A DNA stretch of 46,753 nt, filler included, from Catajapyx aquilonaris (taxonomy: Eukaryota): assembly GCA_000934665.2 (NCBI GenBank). It is 2 parts of 2 records of this genome, joined end to end, with 100 filler letters (N's around TTAATTAATTAA, not from the genome) between each part and the next. Parts side by side here need not be neighbours in the genome. Positions count along the whole stretch, not along the records: positions 1 to 23,263 come from JYFJ02005709.1; 1 more part is not named here. One strand, 5' to 3'. A program made the translations under genes and the position numbers. Under the pieces are notes generated by a model. That model was not told the origin of the DNA. It saw only the letters and a program-made list of their open reading frames with translations, and did not search any database. Below, one piece after another: positions 1 to 11,755 of this stretch. Each line of letters starts with the position of its first letter. Position 1 is the stretch's first letter.

Positions 1-262
1 CTCATGTCCTCGTGAATCTTCTTAGGGGTCATCCCCTTTTTCTGGAAGTATTTGATCACCGCTCGCAGCTCGATTTTGTCAATGTCGGAGACTAATCTGC
101 ACTTTCACACCTGTAAGTGCCAGTATCTCCTGATAGAATGATGCAATCGGGGTGAAGTTTGGGGGTTGTTGCTCTAATGAGTGTCACTACCTTCAAGTGG
201 ACGGACATCATTATCAGCCCGCGCCATCTACCTTAGGCTCAGAACTTATTGGACGACCCTCG
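1..262 (-). mobile_element. mariner element, 5' end (runs off the window): TIR plus transposase N-terminus
   Basis: Minus strand begins TA|CGAGGGTCGTCCAATAAGTTCTGAGCC, a typical mariner TIR. Positions ~83->1 translate IDKIELRAVIKYFQKKGMTPKKIHEDM, a mariner HTH N-terminus. Confidence 0.85.
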
Positions 263-391
263 TACAGTAGTGGCCATTTTTATAATAACTTTTTGTTTTT
301 CTGGGCGTAACTATTTCCAGAGCTGATCCGACCGAGCTGAAATTTGAACATGCTATGCACAATTCCATTGAAGGATAAGATACATGGTTTG

Positions 392-734
392 GGGGAGGTG
401 TGGTGGCCGAGATGGTAATGTATCAGCTTGCTGAGTGAAAGGTCCCAGGTTTGATCCCCACCTGGGAGCTCCCTTTCACGTGCGTCAGGAGGGTCTCTGA
501 CCCGCGACTTGGAGGTGTCTGTCAACCTAACCTCCTGGGGGACTGCACATGGCCCAATTTGAGACAATGCACTTGCACCTGTGTCCCCTCCCCAAGAATC
601 CCTATCCTTACCGAATGTCCTTGATTCCCTGCACCAGAGACTGAAGAAAAACTACACTCTAGAAAACCTATGGTGGTGTGCCACCCCCCTATAAGGGCTC
701 AGCCCTATCCAGGGTAAAATAAAATAAAGAAAGT
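392..734 (+). mobile_element. tRNA-derived SINE inserted in the left arm of the Tc1 element
   Basis: A box TGGCCGAGATGG, B box GGTTTGATCCC, A-rich tail. TSD T(A/G)CATGGTTTG at 381-391 and 735-745. The empty site is visible in the right arm. Confidence 0.85.
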
Positions 735-918
735 TGCATGGTTTGAAGAATTTCTGATTTGCTGGAAAAAAATTAGCAATGTTTTTGTTTATTTTTCCAT
801 ATACCAGTATGTCAAAATTCACCTAAATCTTCAACCAACCATAATAATCTGAATACTCAACCAAATTCTACAAAACTTGACAACCTAATCACTCACATCC
901 TAGTACTTGGTCTGGTAA

Positions 919-1148
919 CCGAAGCAGGTTGGCATGGTGGATAAAGCATCCAACTGCTAATCGGGAGGTCCTGGGTTCGAATCCCGGGGCCGACGATCCT
1001 GACCATGGTTTTCTGTGGTATTCCATGGTCTTCCTAGGATAATTCTGGGTTCGCTTCTGTATAATAGGTCACAGCCGCTTCCTTCCTTCCCTATCCTTGG
1101 AGGTTGAAGAGGCAATGCCGGGCCAACCTCCCTAATATCAATTATAAA
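919..1148 (+). mobile_element. tRNA(Ser-like)-derived SINE
   Basis: A-box-like TGGCATGGTGG, CTGCTAA loop, B box GGTTCGAATCC, body GGTTTTCTGTGGT...CACAGCCGCTTCCTTCC. Perfect 17-bp TSD AGTACTTGGTCTGGTAA (902-918, 1149-1165). Confidence 0.9.
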
Positions 1149-1599
1149 AGTACTTGGTCTGGTAATCCTTGGTGTCGATGACAACTTGGCATGTGCAATG
1201 CATTGAGACGCCAAACTTGTCTAACACTGATTGTGGCATCTTCTTCCACTCTACCTCCAGTTGCTTGGACTTATCGGTGGTACTGGATGCTCTCTTGTTC
1301 TTCAGATGACATAACAGATCCTCCCAGATGCTCTTGATTGGATTTAGGTTTAGATATTGGCTTGTCCAGTCCATTACGGCCACCCTCTTCTGGTGTGGCC
1401 AGGCGCAAATGAGCGCGGAGGAGTGCTCCTGGTGGTTTTGTGCTGGTACAGGAGAGAATGGTCAAACAAACTCCTTGGACATGGCCACATGAAGTCTTGG
1501 AGGACATCCCTGCACACCTCCTTGGTCATGATACTGACAATCCAGTGAAGGAGACCGACTCCAAGGCAGATGAAGCAGTCCTACATCAACTGGACACAG

Positions 1600-2165
1600 G
1601 CAGTGGTGCTATGCCCTCTGGTCAGATGAATGGAAGCATCTGATGTTTGGAACTGATGGAATACCCTACGTGTGTCTTCCCAAAGATGACGAATTCAATC
1701 TCAGGTACCAAATGCTGACCTACAAGCATGGCGGAAGATCCATGATGGTATGAGGCACCTTAATCTCCCTTGGAGTTGGTCGCCTTCACTGGATTGTCGG
1801 TATCATGACCAAGGAGGTGTGCAGGGATGTCCTCCAAGACGTCATGTGGCCATATGCAGGGAGTGTGTTTGACCATTCTCTCCTGTACCAGCACGAAACC
1901 ACCAAGAGCACTCCTCCGCACTCATCCGTGCCTGGCCACACCAGAAGAGGGTGGCTGTAATGTACTGGCCAAGCCAATATCCGAACCTAAATCCAATCAA
2001 GAACATTAGGGAGGATCTGTTTTGTCATCTGAAGAACAAGAGAGCATCCAGTACCACCGATAAGTTCAAGCAACTGGAGGTAGAGTGGAAGAAGATACCA
2101 CCATCGGTGTTGGACATGTTTGTCGTCTCAATGCATCGGACATGTCAAGTTGTCATGACACCACT
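1600..2165 (+). pseudogene. Tc1 (DD34E) transposase remnant
   Basis: Translates WSDEWKHLMFGTDG...YKHGGRSMMV*G...WPSQYPNLNPIKNI, matching Tc1 motifs WSDE, KHGGGSVMVWG and WPSQSPDLNPIE, with stops and frameshifts. An inverted copy of the 3' part lies at ~1165-1576. Confidence 0.9.
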
Positions 2166-2258
2166 AGATGTGAGTGATTAGGTTGTCAAGTTTTATAAAA
2201 TTTGGTTGAGTATTCAGATTGCTATGGTTGGTTGAAGATTTTGGTGAATTTTGACATA

Positions 2259-2872
2259 CAGTAAAACTTCTATAAGTCGAACTTCCCTAAGTTGAAGTTC
2301 TCTATAAGTCGAAGAAAATTATGAGCTTGGTTGGTCACAATGTAAAAGAATAGGAAATAAACTTCCCTAACTCGAATTTTTATAACTCGAAGTTCTCCAT
2401 AACTCGAAGTGCTGGAAGGGCCTTACGATGGGATATCAATGGATTTTCAGTCTCCCTAAGTCGAAGTTCATGTTGGCGAGTACGGAAAATTTTCTCATTT
2501 CCCAGCCGAAGGGTCGACAGTAGGCCACATGTACAGAAAGGCTCAATTTCCTGATCTCTGTCTACCAGACATACCAAAAGAAGTTGTGTTTGACTCGATT
2601 GTGACAATTGAATCCTTGAATCTCAGAGTAGGCAAATGTCCATAACAGAGTTTTTTTTACAACAAAACAACGAGGTACATTGTAAGTGTGATAGTGACAG
2701 TTATTTTTAAGTTTTGAACACCTTTCGTCGCTGGATATAAAGGTAGTATGCCTCGAGGTCTTCCTTATAGAGTTCAGTACTTCAAAAAATCCAAACTTCT
2801 CTAACTCGAATCTTCTATAACTCGAAGTTTTTTCCCGGTCCCATGGAGATTCGACTTATAGAAGTTTTACTG
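2259..2872. mobile_element. pogo/Tigger-type MITE nested in the right arm of the Tc1 element
   Basis: TA|CAGTAAAACTTCTATAAGTCGAA ... TTCGACTTATAGAAGTTTTACTG|TA, with repeated subterminal TAA(G/C)TCGAA motifs. Confidence 0.9.
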
Positions 2873-4045
2873 TATATGGAAAAAGAAACAAAAACATTGT
2901 TTATTTTTCTTCGGCAAATCATAAATTCTTCAAACCATGCATCTTATCCTTAAATGGTATTGTGCATAACATGTTCAAATTTCAGCTCAGTTGGATCACT
3001 CTGAAAAAAGTTATGCCCAAAAAACAAAAAGTTAATATAAAAATGGCCACTACTGCACAGCACAGGCATGAAAAACACCTATTGTATTAAACCATATTTT
3101 ACAAAAAAAAAAAAACACAAAACAAAATGTCCACTGACTTTGTTACAACACCAACAGTAATAAATACATTAATTCCACCCCTGTGCATCCTCTGAGACAT
3201 TCACTTAGGTAAATTAACACCTTGTATGGCAACACCAACGTTATGGATTCAAGAATCAATCAAACTCACACACTCCAAGTTTATATGTCAGCCCTTAAAA
3301 TGTAACTCATAAACCTCACAAACTTCATTGGCTGCACATGTGCTGGACAACGCGCATTACATAGTTCAAGCATACTCCAGTACAGGACTACTATAGTTGA
3401 CAACATTGTCAAGATTTAAATGCGACATTCCTGACAACTGGTACTTGTAAAAAAAATCACACACACAACAGAAAGAGTATGCTAGAATAACTGCTGAAAA
3501 ACTTCATCCCCAATGATTTGTCACCTAGGTTGAACTATCAGCTTGTGTGCATCCCACTTCTGCATCCTCTAGAACCCCCTGTACCTGTACTGTACACCCA
3601 TGAGGAAGTGGGCTTTGCACCACAGTTCAGTTTTAAAATATATAATAGCGAGGTGCCATGCTAGGAGGTAAGAAGGGAAGGAGCAAGCCCCATGCCTGAA
3701 GTTTTGGCCCTGGAAAATAATTTAATATCTCCCTTTAATTGTATTCTGAAAGGAATTGCTACCACAAATTCCACAAGTGAATGTAATAAACATAGTTTGG
3801 ACAACAGAGCACTATATGAACGATCCATTAAGTAACATTTAACTTTCCAGCATTCATCCATTCTGCGCCTTTGTGGTCACAGTCCTAATGTCCTCATATG
3901 AGAACATTGCTTTTTTGTCATTTTTATGGTCAATATTTTAGAACTATATTTTTCTCTCTCGTTTCTTAATGGCAAAATGTTCAGAAAATGCAACAGGAAC
4001 TGACATTGTTCTACAAAAATTTTCTTGGGTCTCTAGTGTCTATAG

Positions 4046-4234
4046 CAGTGGTTCCCAACCTTTTCCGGGTCATGACCCCCTTTTATGATAGTCAAGTAAC
4101 CTACGATCCCCCCCTCCCCCCCTCCCAAGTGTTAGTAGGTGTTGAAAAAAACCTTTGTGGTGGAATGTCCTATAAAATTTATCTTATTTTATTTTTAACT
4201 TATAAAAATAACCGCGGCCACACGCGACCCACTG
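4046..4234. mobile_element. hAT (Charlie/Buster-type) MITE, right end partly deleted
   Basis: Starts CAGTGGTTCCCAACC and ends CGCGACCCACTG. 8-bp TSD GTCTATAG / GTCTAGAG fits the NTCTAGAN preference. Confidence 0.75.
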
Positions 4235-4780
4235 GTCTAGAGGATATTGCATAGGAAAAATGGCTTGTTGGACTCACCTATCTATCGAAACGCACAGCTG
4301 CCAGCAGTTTCTTTTCACCAGTTGATCGCGTTACAGCAAGTTACTACAGTAGTAACTTAGGCCACAGACTTCCTAGGGGTGCTTGACTTCACAGCAGGAA
4401 ACCAGTGGTTCTCTACTATTAAGGCGCACCCACCACTAACAACAGGGCTCGAACTATGTTGTGGGCAACCAGAAAACCTATTAGAGCAAGGTGGAATGCA
4501 TGAGCAAAAATCACAATAAACAGCCTTCATTATTCAAAGGACCATCCATTCTAGTAGGCTAGATTGTAGATTTTCAAGCTATGCAAGTGCACAGAATGAT
4601 TAGATTACGACATTTGATAGGTGAGGTTGCCTTGAATTAGCAGAGCATGCCCTACTTTCAACAATCCTACATCATGCTTATGAACATCCCACTTTACCAT
4701 AAATGTCTCAAAAATTCTATGGAGGCTGTTGTGCATATTATGAAGATTAAAATATGCTTTCTCATAATAATTGATTACTA

Positions 4781-5438
4781 TTTGGTGTGTTCAAATGAAA
4801 CAAAGTGAGGCAATATCTCAGGAGCTATTTGTCTTGGCTGAGTGCTAGTGGTATCTCTGAATAGGCCCTTGCATGGCTAATTTTCATCTGGAGTAGTTAG
4901 TAGTCAGTATGCATGGAGAGGGGAGCATTTTATGCAAGTCTACCTGGTCTATGGATTCATCCAAACATGCACGGCTCGCCATGATCCTTTTTCCGTATCA
5001 AGGAAGGAACTGCACCAGTGGACATTGTCCTTTGGATGCAGAAGGTGCATGGGAATGTCTGTTTCAACCACAAGACTCTTCAAAAGGTGTAGGGAATTTC
5101 CTTAGTGGGTTTCTGCACCAAGGTGTCCACCAAGGTGTTGTGGTTGAAGCAGGCTCTCCCACACACCCTTGGCACCCAATGGACAATGTCCACTGGTACA
5201 GTTCCTTCCTCGATGAGGAAAAAGGATGATGACGAGTTGTGCCTGTTTGGACAAATGCATAGCCCTGTGAGACTGGCATAAAATGCTCTCTTGCCCACTA
5301 CATGCATACTGACTACTAACTACTCTGCATGAAAATTAGCCATGTAAGTGCCTACTCAAGAGATACCACTAGCACTCAGCTGAAACAATTAGCTCCTGAG
5401 ATATTGCCTCACTTGATGTTTCATTTGAACACGCCATA
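4781..5438. mobile_element. Palindromic mariner-derived element (two 5' ends in inverted orientation)
   Basis: Ends T(T/A)TGG(T/C)GTGTTCAAATGAAAC at both sides with TA flanks. Arms ~4781-5045 and ~5163-5438 are reverse complements. Internal FLIEEGTVPVDIVH..VCGRACF resembles a mariner N-terminus. Confidence 0.75.
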
Positions 5439-5728
5439 TACATGCCCACTTTCACAGCACTGACTGAGTAAATGGAACTGGTCTAGACCCATTCCACTGT
5501 CTTGTTGTTGGATACAGTATGGCCAATCCACAAACTAACCATCGGACGGCATGTCAACATGGATTACTGCCAATTCAATTCATACATGTTGACATGTAAT
5601 CAGGTGATCATGATTTGTAAATGCCCCCAATATTTGTTTTTCCCAGATGAATATTACTCTAGCGTCTAGACTCTACTGACTGTGAGTGATCATGAGTCAT
5701 TATTGCAGGTCATGCACATTTCAATATA

Positions 5729-6478
5729 CAGTGCGCCCCGCTTAATTGGTGCCCGGTTTATCGCTCCCGCCCCTGCAATTTTGGACCGAATCGCCAGGAC
5801 CGGAATCAAATCAATATCATCAATGTAATTTTTCCCGGCATAGCTGGTGATTTCACCGGTTAGTCGGACCAGTTTGGTTGCTATAATACTATACTACTGT
5901 ACTGCACACAACACCTGTAGGGCTTGTGATTAAGGGACCACTCCTAAGTCATTTACAGTAGTGCATCCGCGGAGGAACATGCCATTATTGATCAAGTGGC
6001 GGCCAAGTACCAAAAGGAGGAGGATGACCACGAAAGTGAGGAGGATGAAACACCTGCACCCATTCCAGTGACACCACAGAAGCGCGGAATTCTGTGGCTA
6101 TTTTAAGACGATTTTTTATGCAAGTAGGGAATGATGGCGGTCCTGTGACTGCACTCGACACCTGCGCGGACTTTGTTAACATGAAGTCAAAAACAAGGTG
6201 TTACTAGACAATTTTTACAGTGGAATGAGCACTAAAATTACTGTACAGTCATACAGTACTTTGCACTTCCATGACATTTGCATGACTCAGTCACTTTTAT
6301 ACGACTATTTTACCTTCACCTGTTGCGCAATCATTTTTGATGATGAAATATGGTAGTGCAGTCTAATTTGTTGTGTTTTTTCCCCGTTGTTTCACATGAA
6401 CCCCGGTTAATTGAACACCTGCTTTATTGGGCCATAATGCCGTGGCATCGATGTGGTCCAAATAAGCGGGGCGCACAG
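5729..6478 (+). mobile_element. pogo/Tigger deletion derivative
   Basis: TA|CAGTGCGCCCCGCTTA ... TAAGCGGGGCGCACAG|TA. An internal acidic segment at ~6015-6220 resembles a Tigger transposase C-terminus. Confidence 0.8.
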
Positions 6479-8164
6479 TAAATGGCTATTTCATTAGTCA
6501 GAGGGTGAAGCCCAATAGCAGTTGAAGGGTGCAGAGGTACAATTCACGCAGGCAGCATTAAGAAAACATAATTTTAAAAACTCCTACCTCAGCTAGCCCT
6601 CAGCAGGAGTCGAGTCTCACACAGGATGAGCCTGCCTGTAACATAAAAAGATTCTGTTAGCAAGTAACACCATAGAGATTAAAACCCATCAACAGGAACT
6701 CTAGCAGCTGCAGTGGGGATGACACTACTACTGACTTCATCACTGGCAGTACAAATTCTGGACCCCTTCTCACCAACAGCACAGGGAGATGACCACAAAA
6801 AAATATTCAACACATCAATTGCCATCACAGTGCCCCTAGTCCAATTTCGCCTACCTCAGAGATCACCTGATGCAGTCATACCTCCCCTGCTCTCTGCCCT
6901 TAGTCCAGTGTATCAAATATTCTATGGGATTGCTAGCATTGGAGTCATAGCTGCTATAACTGCTGCTACCAGGATATTTGGTGGAAAGGTGGAGCAAACT
7001 AGAAGTGTCAATGGCCATCTGGTAGATGACAGAAGCTGCCTTGGTGGAATAGGGGAGGGCCAGGACTGCCTGTATCGTGTCATCTGCAGGGCTCACCAAA
7101 TGCCACTTGATTATGGGGCTCTTGCTTGGCCCTTTTTATGGTTCTTCCCGTGAGTTACAAATAATTTTCTACTCTTCAGTAGTATCCATATCAATAGCAG
7201 TGTAGTAGTAACAATAACAGCATAATAATAATAATACAATATTACCACACATAGAGTGGCAAGCCAGTAAAAATGGGGTTGACCTGATTTTAGAGAAAAC
7301 ACTTCTGGTGGCTACACTGGAATGACAGAGTGGGGCTTTGTTTATGTTTTACCTGCAAAAAGCTTGTAATTTTTTGAGCCGTAAAATGAAAAACACACCA
7401 TAGTCTTACTACCTCTTCCCTATTAGCATCATCAGTGACAAATAAAAGCTGCAAAATCCCTTTTACAATAAATCTCCTCCCCTCTACTTCATTATTAAGC
7501 ACTAAGCAGTTAACATGGCGGCATGAGTTTTATGGTATGCTGGGACTATTCAACCCCTCCCTCTTTGAACTAAATTCAGGGCAGCCTTAGCTATGCAGCA
7601 AAACTAATGTTTATATCCCAACATTAGCAGAAAAATATCAGTTTGAAAAACCTGTATTATAACTGTCTTGTTATTAGAGAACCCAATGATGTAGGCAGTA
7701 TAGAATATATGTACTGTAATGTTCCGGTTTCAAGTAAACCACTGCAGAGTGAAATAAAGAGAGAATGTTGATTGGCGCTAAGAATTTATTTCTTAAGCCT
7801 CACATATTGGTATCCACAAAAAGTATTTTAAACACTTGACAGGATTTGCATTTATTTTATTGGGAATACTGGTAATTTCGAAGGGAGGGAGAAAATCATG
7901 AAAATTACCCCACTTTACGTAGTATATTGTACTGGGCCCCTGGTCGATCCCTTTATATGGTTCATACCGACTTGCCACTCTGTGCGGGATGATGGGGATG
8001 CTCTTTACATGACATATCTTAATTCCAGGAAGTACCAGCTGAAGGTTTTGCAATATTGTATCCTTTCAGCAGCATGATGCTAAGGTCTCGTTATATTTCA
8101 TACCTTTTCTTTGTTCTTTTCAGTACCCTTTCTTGCTTGTCACAATATGTACTTCAATCTGACA

Positions 8165-8312
8165 ACCTTGACAACTACAAGAGTGGTATTTTTGTCTGCT
8201 AGCAGTGTCGCCCAAGCTATTAAGGTCTTTTTGGGGTAGGGGACAGTCAAAGAGAGAGACAGTCATTCCTTTCTTATTTTTTCTCTTCATTTCTATCTCC
8301 ATCTGTTCCCCC
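8165..8312 (+). repeat. Diverged partial copy of the RTE-head short element at 11503-11755
   Basis: Shares GCCCAAGC..AGGTCTTT.GGG.TAGG.GACAG..AAGAGAGA..CAGTC and the following pyrimidine tract ending CTCCATCTGT. Confidence 0.55.
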
Positions 8313-9120
8313 TATACAGTAAATCTCATAGGCTTTGACTCCGACCCACTCAAACACACAAACAAATTTCAATACAGGGTGTTTTAGAGTCACGGGTCAA
8401 GCGTGCGCGAGGGGGTGGGGAAAAATTGTAGGTGGCGACAACCACGGTCGGTTTTATAAAACTATTAGAAATACGGCAGTAATCAATTGATTTATTACGG
8501 CCATACAGCGTGAAGCCTGTTATAACCAAGGTCTGTCATAGCCAAATCGCCACTTTTCCAACGAATACATAAAGTTTTCTGCTTTCCATATGCCTGTAAT
8601 GCACACTACTGTACACTGATTAATGAAACTATCCCCAATAATGCAAAATTTGCTCATCCATAAAATACGCATGAACAAAAAAAAACGGAATATTTTCTTC
8701 TGTTGTCTCCTTCTTGCCAAATATACCAGAAAAATAATGATTTTGACCTTTTCCGCAAGTGCAAAAAAGCTCCCCTTACACTTGCTGTACGACATCTTGG
8801 TCGCCCCTGCCTGAACTTCCTGACTCAGGAATAGGCTCGTATAGTGTGCCCAAGCCTGGAAACAAAGGTCAGCTGTGTGATCCAGCACAAAGGATTAAGA
8901 CTCCCGGAAACATTGAACAGAGGACATGTATGCATCAATTTGAGGTCCAAAACTCGTGAGTAGGAAGCCTAGATCAGTGACAGATGGGAAAATCACCCCC
9001 GCTCCAGTATGCAGGGCTTTCCTCGCATGGGAAACTGAGTAATCAAAAGTAGCATGTTTTCCCACCAAGGGGCCAATAAATGGTATGTTTCAGCCGACAT
9101 AAGGTGAAAAATGAGTCTGT

Positions 9121-10722
9121 TATACTTGCCCAACCCCATAACAGTACGTTCACCTGAGAATCTGCTTGGATGGAGATTTGGAAAAGTATCCTTCTGTTGG
9201 AACGACACGTGGTAGGATGTCTTGAATTTAGTATCATACAAAGGTGCCTCTCGGCGACCACTGGGACTGGAAATGATGCCACTCGGACAGTAGGCCTACA
9301 GTAAATAATATGCCTTCCTGAAAGTGCACAACCGAACACAGAAATATTTGTTCACAGCTCGCACTGACACAATATCATTCGGTCCCAGGCAATGAATAAG
9401 GCTATTATTGCAAGCATCGACACTTAATACTGTGTCACATCCCACCTGGCTGCAAAACATGCTGGCATGGAGTGCTTGCCACTCCACAGCTGCGAGGGCA
9501 TCACAGAATGGATGGTAGGAGAATGGTCCACCACAAAATTTCCTCATGCGTCAGTATTACAATGGACGAAAGGTTCCTTTCCAAGTCCATTTCTGCCATG
9601 CAGCTCCATGTCATCACTACTTACGCAGGTTTCACTCTTCAGGTCAGGCAGTCTCAGGGTGGAAGTCGTAATTATAGGAGATGCAGCAATCTTGGACGCC
9701 ATCATGTTTTTGGGGCACAAGTACCCAAAATCCTGAGTGCTAACAGTGATTTTCGAAATCAGCAGGGTCGAATTAATCTAAAAAGGCTTGTTAGCAACTT
9801 GTTCCCAATTTTGCTTCTAACATGAACGATATGAGATTTGCCCCTGATCAAAGTTGACCAATTCCCCTTGGTTCAGGTCCGCCTTTCCTTCGTCCAACCG
9901 AAACTGTTCCACTTTTGTGAAACTGTCAGGATGGGCTTCTTCTTCGACTTCAATGTAAATGGCCATGAAATGCGACCACATGTTTGCAACTTTTGATTCA
10001 TGTACTGAACTTGTAAAAGCCTAAGCCAAGGCCAAGAACGCAGCAGGTTTCCCTCGACAGGTCTTTGCCAGTAGCCACTACCCATTACTGCTTAAATTGT
10101 GTTGTGGTCAGCCTCCTGTTGTTCTTGGCGAGCTTCTGAAGGCAGCGGTCATCCTGCACTGTCAATGCTTTCTGTCACCTAGGGTGCCACTTATATTTGC
10201 TTTCATTTTCCTATTGTGTTTGCTCCTGTTCTCTGTCGCAGGCCCAGGTCTTTGGCAATTGCGCGGCCTGATTTTCCATGCTCACGGATTGTCAGAATGA
10301 CTTCGCGGAGGTCCTTAGAAGTTGGCTGTCCATGTCCCGTGGGGAGGGTAATGTGTTTACTGGGCGCACAGACCTGGGATACGTACAGAGAGCATTGTCA
10401 CACGAGTTTCTCAGACTGAAGCAGCCCTCAGACGCATGGCCCATATCATCCTGACCTAATTATATTGTGTCAGTGGGTGCTGTGAACATATATTTTCGTG
10501 TCCTTTCGTGTCCGGTCATGCCCTTGCAAGAAGGTGTATTATTTGTGGTACTTGTCCAAGAGGCGTCATTTCCAGTCGCAGTGGTAGCCCAGAGACACAT
10601 CTGTACAGTGCTAAATTCCCAACATCCTACCATGAGTCTTTCCAACGGTAGGATACTTTTCCCAATCTCAACCCAAGCAGATTCTCAGGTGAACGTGTAC
10701 TATTATGGGGTTGGGCAAGTAT
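9121..10722. repeat. Inverted duplication (arms ~9121-9385 and ~10455-10722) in a decayed element
   Basis: ATACTTGCCCAACCCCATAA..CGTTCACCTGAGAATCTGCTTGG at 9122 is mirrored at ~10672-10722. The ORF-track peptides from the two arms are homologous. Confidence 0.8.
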
Positions 10723-10959
10723 CAGGAGTAAAAATACACAGGGTCTTATGGAAGTATGGAAGACCGGTCTTTCCAGTCTGTTATAGCCGAGGCTGTTATA
10801 TCCGGATTCAACTGTATATTTAAAAGTATAACATCATCATCATCATCATCATTAACAATGTTATTATTAACATTAAAAGGTGGAGAAGCTATAGCTTCAT
10901 TTGCTACACTATCTTGCCTTTCCATTTTGTAAAAATGTCAAATATACAGGATGATGTGA

Positions 10960-11365
10960 ATGTCAAAATTACCAGTCCCGGAACGGGGTGGGTAATTTAA
11001 ACCAGTAACCAGTTCAAAGAGAAGCAACCCATAGGAAGCAAGAATCAGTGCCACAAACAGTGATGGGTGTTTATTGCTTCTCTTGAAACCAGTTACTGGA
11101 GTAAATAATCCATATATTGTTTGTTTGTTATACCCCATGATAGTGACAGGGGCCATCTGGGGGGGTCCCAACATAGACCGCTCTTAAGTAGTCTGACCCT
11201 CTTAAGTAGTAGACCTTTTCTCTTGGCCCTGGGCAGAGAAGGGAATGCAAGTCTGCCCGAACATGTCGGGTGAAATACGAAAAAATATCTGACCAAGCGA
11301 AGGTGACAGGGAAGGGAGTTGAACCCTGGACCTCCCGCTTGAACAATCCATATATTCCTCACAGG
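10960..11365 (-). mobile_element. Probable decayed tRNA-derived SINE (boundaries approximate)
   Basis: Minus strand reads GCGGGAGGTCCAGGGTTCAACTCCC (B-box-like) at ~11313-11338. No TSD established. Confidence 0.4.
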
Positions 11366-11502
11366 CTTTTGAGTTGTGATGAAAACGCAGAGCCCTTATC
11401 TGAATGCCACTGATTTTAAGATCACACATCGCAATAACCGAGGGAAGTGTTAGGTTTAGAAAGACATGGGAGTTGGCATGCTTTGCATACGATAATGGAA
11501 TC

Positions 11503-11755
11503 TCCACCTTATTGTGGTGGTGGGGTTTGTGTTTCTCCCGTGACCCCAAGAGCTATAGCAGCGGTAGTTTCGTCTACTGGTAGGGCCACCCAAGCGGGAC
11601 AGGTCTTTGGGATAGGAGACAGACTAAGAGAGATACCAGTCTTTCCTCTCTTCTTTTCCCTCTTCGTTTCTCTCTCCATCTGTGCCACCTTTGCTTCTTA
11701 TAGCCAGATAGCCAGTTGCTTTGGCTTCTTCATAATAAACCAAACCAAACCATAC
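11503..11755 (+). mobile_element. Short element carrying an RTE/BovB-type LINE 5' head and an (AAACC)n tail
   Basis: CCACCTTATTGTGGTGGTGGGGTTTGTG..GAGCTATAGC..TAGGGCCACCCAAGCGGGACAGGTC resembles the conserved BovB/RTE 5' UTR as I recall it. Ends AAACCAAACCAAACC. Confidence 0.6.

Larger units (their letters stand above)
265..3055. mobile_element. Tc1-family non-autonomous fold-back element with long inverted arms and three nested insertions
   Basis: Termini CAGTAGTGGCCATTTTTATA (265) and TATAAAAATGGCCACTACTG (3055), flanked by TA and CA. After removing the inserts, 265-~1576 is the reverse complement of ~1758-3055. Confidence 0.9.

Noticed and set aside
925..990. tRNA-like sequences (also ~395-465, ~14710-14782, ~20215-20285) as tRNA genes
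   Set aside because: They lack a proper acceptor stem and continue into SINE bodies with tails and TSDs.
6713..7153. 146-aa + strand ORF with hydrophobic stretches
   Set aside because: No recognisable motif or splice support. Its length is compatible with chance.
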